Shown here: positions 41,792-51,974 of the stretch, in pieces
Layout: the number at the start of each line of letters is the position of its first letter
Numbering within the stretch: position 1 is the first letter of the stretch
NCBI GenBank assembly: GCA_905479945.1
Contig: CAJQOP010000047.1
Coordinates: forward strand, 6,122-70,121
From: an uncultured Glaciecola sp.
Lineage (GTDB): Bacteria; Pseudomonadota; Gammaproteobacteria; Enterobacterales; Alteromonadaceae
Length of the DNA: 64,000 nucleotides
Direction: 5' to 3'
Notes under the pieces: generated by a model
What the model saw: only the letters and a program-made list of their open reading frames with translations
What the model was told of the DNA's origin: nothing
The model's database searches: none
Position numbers and translations under genes: made by a program

Positions 41792-44086
41792 ATGTCAGTT
41801 TACCTATTTTATTCCGTCGCAGTTTTGCTGTCGCTTAGTTTATTATATGGCCTTATTGCTCATTACTTTTACACAAGCAATATTACTCAGAAAGTATTGT
41901 CGGGCTTATTGTTTGGCGGTATTTGTGTCATTGGTATGATGTTGCATATAGACTTAGGCCCTGGTGTCATTTTCGATACCCGCTCCGTCGTGCTTAGCAT
42001 AGCGAGTCTCTTCGGTGGCCTAATCGGAGCCCTCATTGCAGGAATCATTGCACTAAGCTACCGCATTTTTCTCGGTGGTGCAGGTGTATATGTAGGCATT
42101 GGTATTATTATAACGTCAATCTGTTTGGGTTTAGCATATAGATACTGCGTTCAAAAAGGCTGGGCAAAAATTAATGTTGCGCAGTTGCTGCTATTTGGTT
42201 TATTCCTCCATCTAGTTCAAATAATATTATTCAGTCCTCTTCTGCCACCCTTTATTGGGCAAGTAATGGCGACGATTGTCATCCCGACGCTTCTAATTTT
42301 TACCCCCGCGACGGCACTATTAGGTCTACTATTAAAAACTTTTGACGATCGCATAAAGACAGATTTTGCGCTGAGAGCAAGTGAATCACAGCTATCCGAT
42401 CACCTGCACAATACACCATTAGCTGCTATATCATGGGATATAAACTTCCAAGTCACCCAGTGGAACAAAGCTGCCGAAGAAATGTTTGGCTACACCGCCG
42501 ATGAAGCGATGGGGCTGCACCCAACAGGCTTTATTGTGAGCAATGTATTGAGAAAAGAGATGGATGAGGTTTATACGGCTTTAATGGCAAACAAAGGTGG
42601 TGGGCGCAGCCGTAACGATAATGTCACTAAAGATGGCAGAACCATTAACTGTGAGTGGCACAATACAACGCTCTTGGATGGCGCGGGCAAGATTATTGGT
42701 GTGGCCTCTCTTTGCGAAGATGTTACTGCACGCAAACAATCGGACCTAATGATTTGGAAGCAGGCAAATTACGATTCCCTCACTGGTTTAGCCAATCGAA
42801 AAATGGTGCATGACCTCCTCAAAGAAGAAATAGAAATAAGCGATCGCTCGGACATAAGCATCGCTTTTTTGTTTCTTGATCTCGACGGCTTCAAGGACAT
42901 TAATGACACTCTGGATCACAATATTGGCGACAAGCTGCTAATCGAAGCAGCAAAACGGCTAGGTAGTCTGATTCGAGAAGACGATACTATTGCACGAATT
43001 GGAGGAGACGAATTCGTTATCATAATGAGTGGGCTTGATAGTCCTCACCATGTGGACCGAATCGCGAGTAAACTAGTTGAAAAAATGGCCGAGCCTTTTT
43101 ATTTGGAGCAAGACACGGGCAAAGAGACAGTGTTTATTTCAACTAGCATGGGCATCACCATGTATCCACAAGACGCTTCTAATTCAATCGAAATACTAAG
43201 GAATGCTGATCAGGCAATGTATGCCGCGAAGCATAAAGGAGGTAATGGTTTCCAATACTTCACTCCATTGATGCAACAGAACGCCTTGTCCCGCATGTCT
43301 ATGATTAGTGATTTACGCGAAGCCTTGCCCAACAAACAGTTTCAATTATATTATCAGCCTATTGTTAATTTAATGAACGGTAAGATCCATAAAGCTGAAG
43401 CACTGATACGCTGGCAGCATCCTGAAAAAGGCTTGGTTGGACCGTTTGAGTTTATTCCGATTGCAGAAGAGACGAAATTGATCGAGGACATCGGTAACTG
43501 GGTGTTCCTTGAGGCCAGCCGGCAGTCAGCTCTTTGGCGCGCCTCATTGCAGCCAAACTTCCAAATAAGTATTAATACTTCACCAGTACAATATCAAAAA
43601 GACTCTTTTTGCGCCAAAGCTTGGCTCGAACATTTGAATGCGCTTGGTTTGTCAGGAGATGCCATTGCGGTAGAGATCACTGAAGGAACACTAATGGAAT
43701 CTGGAACCAATATCGACCAGATACTATTAGATTTTCGGGATGCCAATATACAAGTTTCTCTCGATGATTTTGGTACTGGATATTCATCGTTATCGGCCCT
43801 GAAAAGACTAGATATAGACTACTTAAAGATCGATAAGCTATTTGTTGATAACTTAGCGTCCAACTCTAATGATCTGGCTTTATGTGAGGCCATTATAGTC
43901 ATGGCTCACAAGCTTGACCTAAAAGTAATCGCGGAAGGGATAGAAACAGAGGCACAAAGAGACTTATTAATAGCAGCTGGCTGTGACTATGGGCAAGGGT
44001 ATCTCTTCGCGAAGCCATTACCGGTGAACGAATTTGAGGCGTATCTAAAGTCTCAATTAGATAAAGCGTCGGAGAGTGTTTGCTGA
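41792..44086 (+). CDS. 5TM-LytS-like + PAS + GGDEF + EAL c-di-GMP enzyme
   Basis: IFDTRSV (LytS-type TM sensor), PAS, RIGGDEF, EAL, DDFGTGYSS. Confidence 0.92.
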   Translation: MSVYLFYSVAVLLSLSLLYGLIAHYFYTSNITQKVLSGLLFGGICVIGMMLHIDLGPGVIFDTRSVVLSIASLFGGLIGALIAGIIALSYRIFLGGAGVYVGIGIIITSICLGLAYRYCVQKGWAKINVAQLLLFGLFLHLVQIILFSPLLPPFIGQVMATIVIPTLLIFTPATALLGLLLKTFDDRIKTDFALRASESQLSDHLHNTPLAAISWDINFQVTQWNKAAEEMFGYTADEAMGLHPTGFIVSNVLRKEMDEVYTALMANKGGGRSRNDNVTKDGRTINCEWHNTTLLDGAGKIIGVASLCEDVTARKQSDLMIWKQANYDSLTGLANRKMVHDLLKEEIEISDRSDISIAFLFLDLDGFKDINDTLDHNIGDKLLIEAAKRLGSLIREDDTIARIGGDEFVIIMSGLDSPHHVDRIASKLVEKMAEPFYLEQDTGKETVFISTSMGITMYPQDASNSIEILRNADQAMYAAKHKGGNGFQYFTPLMQQNALSRMSMISDLREALPNKQFQLYYQPIVNLMNGKIHKAEALIRWQHPEKGLVGPFEFIPIAEETKLIEDIGNWVFLEASRQSALWRASLQPNFQISINTSPVQYQKDSFCAKAWLEHLNALGLSGDAIAVEITEGTLMESGTNIDQILLDFRDANIQVSLDDFGTGYSSLSALKRLDIDYLKIDKLFVDNLASNSNDLALCEAIIVMAHKLDLKVIAEGIETEAQRDLLIAAGCDYGQGYLFAKPLPVNEFEAYLKSQLDKASESVC

Positions 44087-44112
44087 TCAGACGCTCGACC
44101 TTTGGCAATTGC

Positions 44113-46629
44113 TCAGACCATCTTTCTGAGCAGTTCCCCTGTATTCAAACTCAACAGTCGCCAACAGCCAAGAGCGCCTAGAATACCAACCGTGAGAGCG
44201 CCAACAATAGGTGCTATTAACCAGTACTCAAAGTGCAAACTTGCTTCCATTTGAAATACCTTTGTTTGTAGCATATATAAACTAAATTCATTGGAAATAG
44301 CCGCCATCAGGCCTGCCACTAGTCCAATAATAATGAATTCATTAATTACACTAAAACGAATCATCCAACCTTTCGCGCCCAAGGTTCGAAGTATCGCGAG
44401 CTCTTGCAAACGTTCATCCATACTTGCCTGCACCTGCGCTATCAGCACCAACGCACCGGCAATAAGAACTAAAATGAGAATAAACTCTACCGCCATTGAT
44501 ACTTGATCGATGATATCGCGTAGCTGATTGATCCTAGCATCAACATCAAACAAGGTAACGCTAGCAAACGGTGCCATCAGTTTGGTTATTTCTGCTTTGC
44601 GCGACTCATCTAAACTAAAGCTAGTAATGTAAGTCGGTGCAAAATTTTCAACCGCCTTGGGATGTAATACGAAAAAGAAGTTCGGCTGCATTGTTTGCCA
44701 ATTGACTTCACGTAAACTGGTTACCGTGGCCTTGATTACCTCACTACCTATATTAAAGGTAAGTTCATCCCCCAGTTTAATATCTAAGCGCCCTGCTATT
44801 TCCGACTCGAGCGACAATGGATAAGGGTCGCCCTCTTGCCATGTATCCAACCACTCCCCTTCGAGGATTCTATTACCCGTTTGAAGTTGAGTGCTCCACG
44901 TCAAGTTTGCCTCTCGACCCAGCCCTTGACGGCCGTCATCAGCAACCTCTTGGTCTTCTTTGGTGACTTCTGTACGAATTTTCTCTTCATTAATAGCAAC
45001 AAAGCGTCCACGAGCGACTGGATAGAAACCACCAGAATCAATGTCGTTTTGTGCAAATTGTTCTTCTAAGCCACCTCGTTGATCTTCGGTCACATTAGAA
45101 AGGAAGTAGTTAGGCGTGCCCTCTGGCAACTGGTCTCGCCATTGTTTAACCATGTCATTGCGCATAACCAAAACAACTAATAGCAGCATGATGGTAATAG
45201 CAAAGCTGATCAATTGAACGCTATTACCCATAGCACGACGTCGAATTCTTGCCCATGCTAAAGTCCACGAGCCCATGCTGCCGCTGCCCAGTTTTCTTCC
45301 TACCATAATAAGTACATTTGTTACTCCGAGTAAAAGAGCAACAAGAATAATACCAGAGGCAAAAAGAATGGTGCTGATCATCAAGTTTTGACTATAAACC
45401 CACATCAAGAGAAACACAGCGATGCCTGATGTAGCAAACTGCAGTGCTTTAGACGAGAGCGTGGTGTTGATGTCTCGTCGCAACACACGAAGTGGTGGCA
45501 CTGAAAATAACTGTAGCAAAGGATACAATGAAAATAGAACAGAACAAATAACGCCAGTAAATATTGCGATGGCTAATGGCCGCCAATGCCAAACGTTTAG
45601 CGATACCTCAACCGTGCCGGCAAGCATAGCTACAACGCCCTGTTGTAGCATAAACCCGACAACGACCCCCAGTAAAATACCTAAGGAAGTAATAAAACAA
45701 ATTTGCAGTAGATAGATGCGTTGAACCATGGTTTTCCCTGCGCCTAGCGTTTTCATAATCGCGACAGGGTCAAAATGGCGCTGACTATAGCGCTGTGCGG
45801 CAACGGCAATAGAAACAGCAGCCAACACGATAGCCAATAAACTAGCCAGTAAGAAGTATTGCTCGGCTCTTGCTATAGAGCGACCGATTGCTGAATCGTC
45901 ATCTTCAATAGATGTCCAGCGATGTATCTCTCGATTAAGCTGTGGTCTCAACCATTCATAATAATCATCTAAGTCGGCTGTTTCACCGGTAAAGTAGTAT
46001 TTATAACTGACTCTTGAACCAGGTCCAGTGACATTAGTTTTGGCTAAGTCCGTCGTTGACATCAAAACAATAGGGTCAGTGTTAAATACACTAAACCCCG
46101 CGTCAGGAATTTCGCTTAGTACTTTTGAAACTTTGAAACTAGCATCACCAATATCTATAGTATCGCCCAATTCAACTTTCACTAATTGGAACAAACGAGA
46201 ATCTATCCATACTTCACCGGGAGCGACCGATTCGTTTGTAGGTTCCGACACGCCAAAAGCTTGCGTGGTAACTTTCACTTTGCCTTTAAGCGGATAATTT
46301 TCATCAACGGCACGTAAATCTGAAAGTGCCAGTTCTTCTTGGCCGAACACCATAGATCTTGTGCTGACTTGATATGCACTGTTGAGCTTGAAATCGGAGG
46401 CTTTGCTTATCCACTGCTCATCAACGGGTGTTCGGGAGCGCAATTGCCTATCTGCGGCAATAAATTCAGCTGAGCGATCGGTAAGTGCCCCTTGTAGCCT
46501 TTCACTAAACAAGGACAACGACAGCACGGAAGCAACCGACAACACGATAGCTAGCAATATAATCGTAAGCTCACCGCGCTTTGCTTCATGTTTAAATAAG
46601 CGCCATGCTAATTGGAATACGATGGGCAT
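44113..46629 (-). CDS. ybbP: ABC transporter permease YbbP
   Basis: Start taken at MPIVFQLAWRLF; AIMKTLGA, PNYFLSN, ELAILRTLGA. Confidence 0.85.
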   Translation of the reverse strand: MPIVFQLAWRLFKHEAKRGELTIILLAIVLSVASVLSLSLFSERLQGALTDRSAEFIAADRQLRSRTPVDEQWISKASDFKLNSAYQVSTRSMVFGQEELALSDLRAVDENYPLKGKVKVTTQAFGVSEPTNESVAPGEVWIDSRLFQLVKVELGDTIDIGDASFKVSKVLSEIPDAGFSVFNTDPIVLMSTTDLAKTNVTGPGSRVSYKYYFTGETADLDDYYEWLRPQLNREIHRWTSIEDDDSAIGRSIARAEQYFLLASLLAIVLAAVSIAVAAQRYSQRHFDPVAIMKTLGAGKTMVQRIYLLQICFITSLGILLGVVVGFMLQQGVVAMLAGTVEVSLNVWHWRPLAIAIFTGVICSVLFSLYPLLQLFSVPPLRVLRRDINTTLSSKALQFATSGIAVFLLMWVYSQNLMISTILFASGIILVALLLGVTNVLIMVGRKLGSGSMGSWTLAWARIRRRAMGNSVQLISFAITIMLLLVVLVMRNDMVKQWRDQLPEGTPNYFLSNVTEDQRGGLEEQFAQNDIDSGGFYPVARGRFVAINEEKIRTEVTKEDQEVADDGRQGLGREANLTWSTQLQTGNRILEGEWLDTWQEGDPYPLSLESEIAGRLDIKLGDELTFNIGSEVIKATVTSLREVNWQTMQPNFFFVLHPKAVENFAPTYITSFSLDESRKAEITKLMAPFASVTLFDVDARINQLRDIIDQVSMAVEFILILVLIAGALVLIAQVQASMDERLQELAILRTLGAKGWMIRFSVINEFIIIGLVAGLMAAISNEFSLYMLQTKVFQMEASLHFEYWLIAPIVGALTVGILGALGCWRLLSLNTGELLRKMV

Positions 46630-46630
46630 C

Positions 46631-47341
46631 TTATTCTCCTGATACGACTTTGAGTATTGGCGTTTGTTCACTTAGCTCACCAGCATGCATGCGAAGTTGA
46701 CGTTGGCAGCGTTGAGCTAACTCATTATCATGAGTAACTAAAATCAATGTCGTGTTTGATTCTTTATTTAAGTCGAATAAAAGGTTTTCAACCTTGCTTG
46801 AATTAGTAGAGTCCAGATTGCCCGTTGGTTCATCCGCGAAAAGAATTTTAGGATTGGTAATGAAAGCTCGAGCAATAGCTACACGCTGCTGTTCGCCACC
46901 CGATAATTGATTTGGGAAATGGTTTGCTCGGTGATCCAAACCTACTTGCTCAAGTATTTTTTGTGCGCGCTTTTTAGGGTCTGATAAACCGGCTATTTCG
47001 GCGGGTAACATAATATTCTCAAGTGCTGTTAAACTTTGCACTAGCATAAAGCTTTGAAATATAAAGCCTACTTTTTCACCACGTAAACGGGCACGTTGTT
47101 CTTCATTCATTGAATGCAGAGGCTCGCCATCTATCATTATATGCCCACCAGACACTTCGTCTAAACCTGCTAAAAGACCAAGAAGAGTTGACTTACCTGA
47201 ACCTGATGCGCCTATAATGGCAACCGATTCACCTGGTTTAACGGTAAAACTAATGGGATGAAGGATCTGTAACTCACCTTCACTCGTATTTACCTTCTTT
47301 ATAACGCTTTTAGTCTCAATCATTGCAGGAGCTGTTGTCAT
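46631..47341 (-). CDS. ybbA: ABC transporter ATP-binding protein YbbA
   Basis: GASGSGKST, LSGGEQQRV, ADEPTGNLD; start taken at MTTAP. Confidence 0.88.
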   Translation of the reverse strand: MTTAPAMIETKSVIKKVNTSEGELQILHPISFTVKPGESVAIIGASGSGKSTLLGLLAGLDEVSGGHIMIDGEPLHSMNEEQRARLRGEKVGFIFQSFMLVQSLTALENIMLPAEIAGLSDPKKRAQKILEQVGLDHRANHFPNQLSGGEQQRVAIARAFITNPKILFADEPTGNLDSTNSSKVENLLFDLNKESNTTLILVTHDNELAQRCQRQLRMHAGELSEQTPILKVVSGE

Positions 47342-47459
47342 AGTGTTTTCTTTTTCAAAATCCGTAAAAATAAATAGGGAAAAATTAGTGCAAGTCCCAT
47401 CTTTCATGAACACTTGCCTTACTTTTATCGTGCGTAAACGTAAAATTATACTTAACTTT

Positions 47460-48080
47460 ATGCGCTCTAGTTTACTGCTATGTGTTTTATTCCCGTTTTA
47501 TAGCCATTCAGATCAGCAATTAGTTGAAGATCATAAATTATTAGTATTAGGCGATAGCTTAAGTGCTGCCTATGGGTTAACGCAACAGCAAGGTTGGGTT
47601 TATTTGTTACAAATTGAGTGGCAAAAGGAAGACAAGCCTATAACCGTTATAAATGGGGCGATCAGCGGCGATACAACTGATGGCGGTTTATCACGTCTTC
47701 CCCGTTTACTTGATTTGCATAAACCAACACATTTACTCATAGAGCTTGGTGGTAATGATGCGCTACAAGGCCACAACCCAAAGAAAATAAGAGCCAATAT
47801 TGAGAAGATGGTTCAACTAGCTAAACAAAAAGATGTTGAAGTGATGATTCAAGCAATGCAAATTCCGACCAATTATGGCAGGCGTTACAAACAGATGTTT
47901 ACGCAAGTATTCAAAGATGTAGCTGCAAAAAACGACCTCCCATTAATTCCTTTTTTCTTAGAAGAAATTGCACTTAACAAAGAATTAATGCAAAACGACG
48001 GCATACACCCTACTGCTGAAGCGCAACCAATGATAACTGAGTTGTTAAAACCGCAATTAGAAAGTTATATTCTGAACTAG
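47460..48080 (+). CDS. tesA: Arylesterase / acyl-CoA thioesterase I (SGNH)
   Basis: GDSLSAAYG, ISGDTT, ELGGND, DGIHP; divergent from ybbA. Confidence 0.92.
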   Translation: MRSSLLLCVLFPFYSHSDQQLVEDHKLLVLGDSLSAAYGLTQQQGWVYLLQIEWQKEDKPITVINGAISGDTTDGGLSRLPRLLDLHKPTHLLIELGGNDALQGHNPKKIRANIEKMVQLAKQKDVEVMIQAMQIPTNYGRRYKQMFTQVFKDVAAKNDLPLIPFFLEEIALNKELMQNDGIHPTAEAQPMITELLKPQLESYILN

Positions 48081-48176
48081 CAACAAAGCACACTGCGCCA
48101 TCGGGTTTAGTGTGCTTGCTTGCTTGCTTAATTTACTTAATACTTATCAAATAATAGTCCTAAAATCGTTAGCAAA

Positions 48177-48401
48177 TCAATCGGCCGCTGGCTGATAACT
48201 GAATACCTCTTCGAGAGACTTACCAAAAACCAGAGCTATCTTAAATGCGACCTCTAAGGAAGGACTGTACTTCCCCTTTTCAATTGCCATGATAGTTTGC
48301 CTTGTAACGCCCACCAATTCAGCTAAGTCCTGTTGAGTCATTTCATTTGCAAAAAAACGACCCTCTCGCACTTTATTATGGATCTTATTTATCGTAGTCA
48401 T
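48177..48401 (-). CDS. XRE family helix-turn-helix regulator
   Basis: MTQQDLAELVGVTRQTIMAIEKGKYSPSLEVAFKIA. Confidence 0.9.
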   Translation of the reverse strand: MTTINKIHNKVREGRFFANEMTQQDLAELVGVTRQTIMAIEKGKYSPSLEVAFKIALVFGKSLEEVFSYQPAAD

Positions 48402-48403
48402 AC

Positions 48404-48883
48404 TTACATCGCATCTTTTCTGTAAAGGCAAACTTGATGGGAGAAACGTACAATTTCCGCCAATATTAAACTGAATAGCAATAGGTGTATTTCAAATAAT
48501 GGAATAGTAATGCGTTCCTCCACCAGAGATTCAATACCAAGAACATGAGGCAGTATTAATTGGCCGATACTAAGAATTACACCAATTGATAAAACCCAAT
48601 AACCTGAATTATTGGCAAGCAATGTAATAAGCCTGTCTCGTTCATCACCTTCTAAATCCATTTTATTGCGACTCGATGCGGCAATAAGTGATTGAAAAAT
48701 TACTTCTATGATAATGATATACAAGATAGCTGAACCTAAATAGCTCAGAGCCATGTCAACCATATCTTCGTTACTCAAAACCGATGCATCCATACTGAAT
48801 AGAGAAATAGCGTAATCGCCAAAAATCACTAATGTTGCAAATAAAGAGAGCCACGTACTTTTTTCTTTAAACGTCATATTCAT
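48404..48883 (-). CDS. Four-TM membrane protein paired with the XRE gene
   Basis: DERD motif between TM segments; typical partner of this XRE class. Confidence 0.7.
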   Translation of the reverse strand: MNMTFKEKSTWLSLFATLVIFGDYAISLFSMDASVLSNEDMVDMALSYLGSAILYIIIIEVIFQSLIAASSRNKMDLEGDERDRLITLLANNSGYWVLSIGVILSIGQLILPHVLGIESLVEERITIPLFEIHLLLFSLILAEIVRFSHQVCLYRKDAM

Positions 48884-49000
48884 TATTTTTACTCTTTGTT
48901 ATTTTATTCATTGAGTGTAATGTACACAAAAAGAAACCAAAAGTATATTATTTTTAACATTAAGTTAAATTTAACAATCAAAAAGTGAAGTTTAGAATAC

Positions 49001-49060
49001 AAAAAAACCGCTAAATGAAGTGACCTATTTAAGTTGGACACTTTAATTAAGCGGCTTTTT
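49001..49060 (-). terminator. Terminator of the amidohydrolase operon with an IS-end-like insert in the loop
   Basis: aaaaaaaccgctaa ... ttaagcggcttttt arms separated by TGAAGTGACCTATTTAAGTTGGACACTT. Confidence 0.55.
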
Positions 49061-49081
49061 ATCAGTTTGAAATATTAATAT

Positions 49082-50374
49082 CTAAGGTCTCGTGTAACCA
49101 ACGGGTTTATCCGAGTTGCGATTCAGATAACGATCTCTTAGTTTTGATTGACGCGACGTCATTTCAACTTGTTCACCTTGAATAAACACCTGTTCTGCAT
49201 TTTGCGTGACCTCTAGTGGGTCTCCACTCCAAATCACCACGTCGGCTATTTTTCCTGGTTCAATGCTTCCTAACTGACTATCCATACCAAATATTCTGGC
49301 CACGTTAATAGTCAAAGCAGCAATACCCGCAGAATGTGGTAGGCCATTAGCGACAGCATTACCAGCATGCTGTGTGGCTAAGCGAATATTGTGAGTTTCC
49401 ATGCCAATAACAACAGTTACGCCCGCCTTGTGCAATCTAGCCGCATTCTTTAGCGTTGCGCCAAGTTGATCAAAGCCTCCAGGCAAATTACTTTCAGGAT
49501 CTAACATAACAGGGATGTTATGTTTGGCTAACTCGTCGGCTATTCTCCAAGCTTCTTTGCCACTTGTAATTACTATATTCAACCCCGAATAGCGCTTTTT
49601 CAAGTTAAGTACCTGAACAATATCAGCGCTTCTGTCGGCCCGCACAAGCAAAGGTATATCACCTGAAAGAACGGGTATCAAAGCTTTAGCATCTGCCATT
49701 GTAGTAAGGCCTAACCAATCTTTACTTGGATTCATATCGTGCGACTTGGCAAATATTGCTTCATCAAATACTTGGTTAATCGCAACCCACATAGCGGCGC
49801 GACTGCCACCGTTATCGTCAGCGCCTGAATGAGCAACGTCAATTTGCATAAAAGCATTTGCTTTCATTACTGAGTCATAGGTAGTTGCGAGAGTAATAAA
49901 CGCGCCTTGGCCTAAAAATAACTGACCACTACTGCGCAAGCCTGTTGCCGCAGATGTGAAGCCTTCAAGCCGTGTAATGGGAATTAAGCTTGAATCATTA
50001 TTTACTGCATACTGAACGTCAAGTGCCGCCCCAACCTTGGATATAGGATGAATAATAGTAGTCGCATCGACAACCCCTGCTGACATCCCAACTTCGAGCA
50101 AACCTAATGAAGTATGAGCGCCAATAAGACCCGGAGTTACCACTTTACCTGTAGCATCAATTTCGCGGTAACCGCTAGGAACATCTGTACCCTTGATAAC
50201 TTGCTGAATAAGACCATCTTTAATCAGTACAGTGCCTTTATCAATAATGCCAGCAGCTGAAACTGTGTGTATTTTAGCGCCAACTATTGCGATATTTTCG
50301 GCGAACACACTAGTAGTAACATTCAAGCCTAGAGCAATGCTCGAAACTAAGGCCAATTTTTTAAAGAAACTCAT
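49082..50374 (-). CDS. Amidohydrolase family protein, exported, degenerate metal site
   Basis: Signal peptide; PGLIGAHTSLG (HxH broken); GSIEPGKIADVVIWSGDP. Confidence 0.85.
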   Translation of the reverse strand: MSFFKKLALVSSIALGLNVTTSVFAENIAIVGAKIHTVSAAGIIDKGTVLIKDGLIQQVIKGTDVPSGYREIDATGKVVTPGLIGAHTSLGLLEVGMSAGVVDATTIIHPISKVGAALDVQYAVNNDSSLIPITRLEGFTSAATGLRSSGQLFLGQGAFITLATTYDSVMKANAFMQIDVAHSGADDNGGSRAAMWVAINQVFDEAIFAKSHDMNPSKDWLGLTTMADAKALIPVLSGDIPLLVRADRSADIVQVLNLKKRYSGLNIVITSGKEAWRIADELAKHNIPVMLDPESNLPGGFDQLGATLKNAARLHKAGVTVVIGMETHNIRLATQHAGNAVANGLPHSAGIAALTINVARIFGMDSQLGSIEPGKIADVVIWSGDPLEVTQNAEQVFIQGEQVEMTSRQSKLRDRYLNRNSDKPVGYTRP

Positions 50375-51783
50375 TTCGCATCTCCTTCTGCAATTTGTCC
50401 AAGTTCAAAATCACTCACAGGCCATGATGCAGGATTACTGCGGTCATAAACCATTGCACCGTCAATGAATACTTTATCTGCTTGTGCATAAGTCGAAAAC
50501 GGATCCGCACTCCACAGCACGACATCTGCATTTTTACCTTCTTCTAACGAGCCTGTTTTATCAAAAATGCCGAGTGATTTCGCAGGGTTAGCAGATAACC
50601 ATTGCCAAGCATCAGCCTGACTGATGTCGATACCAGCGCGTTTTCCGTCAGCCCATGCTTTAGCTGCTTCTTGATTGAGACGTTGAACACCTAAACTACT
50701 ATCAGAGTGCACAATTGCGCAGGCATTTGCTGCATGAACCATTGGAATATTCTCCTTAATGGCATCATACGCTTCCATTTTGAAGCCCCACCAATCCGCC
50801 CACATCGCTGAACAAACATTATTTTCAGCTAACTTGTCGGCAATTTTATATGCTTCGACAGCATGATGAAATGTGCCAATTTGATAATCAAATTCTTTCA
50901 TTACATCTAGCATCGTGCCCATGTCATCAGCACGATAGCAATGCATATGCACGATAATGTCGCCATCAAGAACACCTGCGAGGGTATCTAAGTTTAAATC
51001 TCTTTTTGGCGCTTTTGGTGAACCACCATCTGCTACTTCAGCTTCAAATTCAGCCCATTTTGTTTGGTATGCCTTGGCATCAGCCCAAGCTTGGCGATAA
51101 CCAGCAACGTTGCCCATTCTTGTCATAGGCCCGCCTTTAGAGCCATATACGCGTTTAGGGTTTTCACCACAAGCCATTTTGATGCCATACGGCGCTTCAG
51201 GAAACTTCATATCCTGAACCGTTCTGTTGGGTAAATTTTTCACTGTGACGCTTCTACCACCAAACAAATTAGCTGAACCGGGTAAAATTTGTAATGAAGT
51301 AACACCGCCTGCTAATGCTCGTTGAAAACCAGGGTCTTGTGGCCAGATAGAATGTTCAGCCCATACTTCAGCTGTCACTGGCGCTGTCATTTCATTACCA
51401 TCAGAGTGTGAGCGCGTAGAAGGTGAAGGATAAACACCTAAATGGCTGTGGTTGTCGATAATGCCTGGTGTGACCCATTTGCCTTCACCATCTATTTCGA
51501 TAGCGCCTGAAGGAGAACTTACACTTCTGCCAATTTCTTCAATTAGGCCATCTCTTATTAGAATCTCTCCATCTTCGATTTTTCCACCAATACCGTCAAG
51601 TATTGTTACATTCGAAATAACAATCGGTTTGCTATCCACTTTTTTATAAGTGCTTGGAAAAGGATTTTTATCGATACCGGTTATATTTTTTTGTTTATCT
51701 GCTTGGTCTTCGCTGGTGCACGCGGTTGCCAATGCAACCGAAACGGCCAGTGCTAAGCCTAATTTTAGCCTTGAATTGAACAT
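50371..51783 (-). CDS. Amidohydrolase family lipoprotein
   Basis: Start taken at MFNSR; lipobox LATAC; PGIIDNHSHLG; KMACGENP; GSLEEGKNAD. Confidence 0.88.
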   Translation of the reverse strand: MFNSRLKLGLALAVSVALATACTSEDQADKQKNITGIDKNPFPSTYKKVDSKPIVISNVTILDGIGGKIEDGEILIRDGLIEEIGRSVSSPSGAIEIDGEGKWVTPGIIDNHSHLGVYPSPSTRSHSDGNEMTAPVTAEVWAEHSIWPQDPGFQRALAGGVTSLQILPGSANLFGGRSVTVKNLPNRTVQDMKFPEAPYGIKMACGENPKRVYGSKGGPMTRMGNVAGYRQAWADAKAYQTKWAEFEAEVADGGSPKAPKRDLNLDTLAGVLDGDIIVHMHCYRADDMGTMLDVMKEFDYQIGTFHHAVEAYKIADKLAENNVCSAMWADWWGFKMEAYDAIKENIPMVHAANACAIVHSDSSLGVQRLNQEAAKAWADGKRAGIDISQADAWQWLSANPAKSLGIFDKTGSLEEGKNADVVLWSADPFSTYAQADKVFIDGAMVYDRSNPASWPVSDFELGQIAEGDAK

Positions 51784-51974
51784 ATCTATCCTTGTCGTTG
51801 GAAAACGTTTATTTATTTTTATTCGATTGGTAACACTACATTTTGGAATTATAATCTTCACATGCCCTAAGCTAATAAATTAAGCGTTAAACTGCAAATG
51901 GCTTTGCTTTAAAATATCGTATTTTTTATTGCCTGAGCAAGCCATAAATTTAGACTATTTGGAACTGTTAGTAA

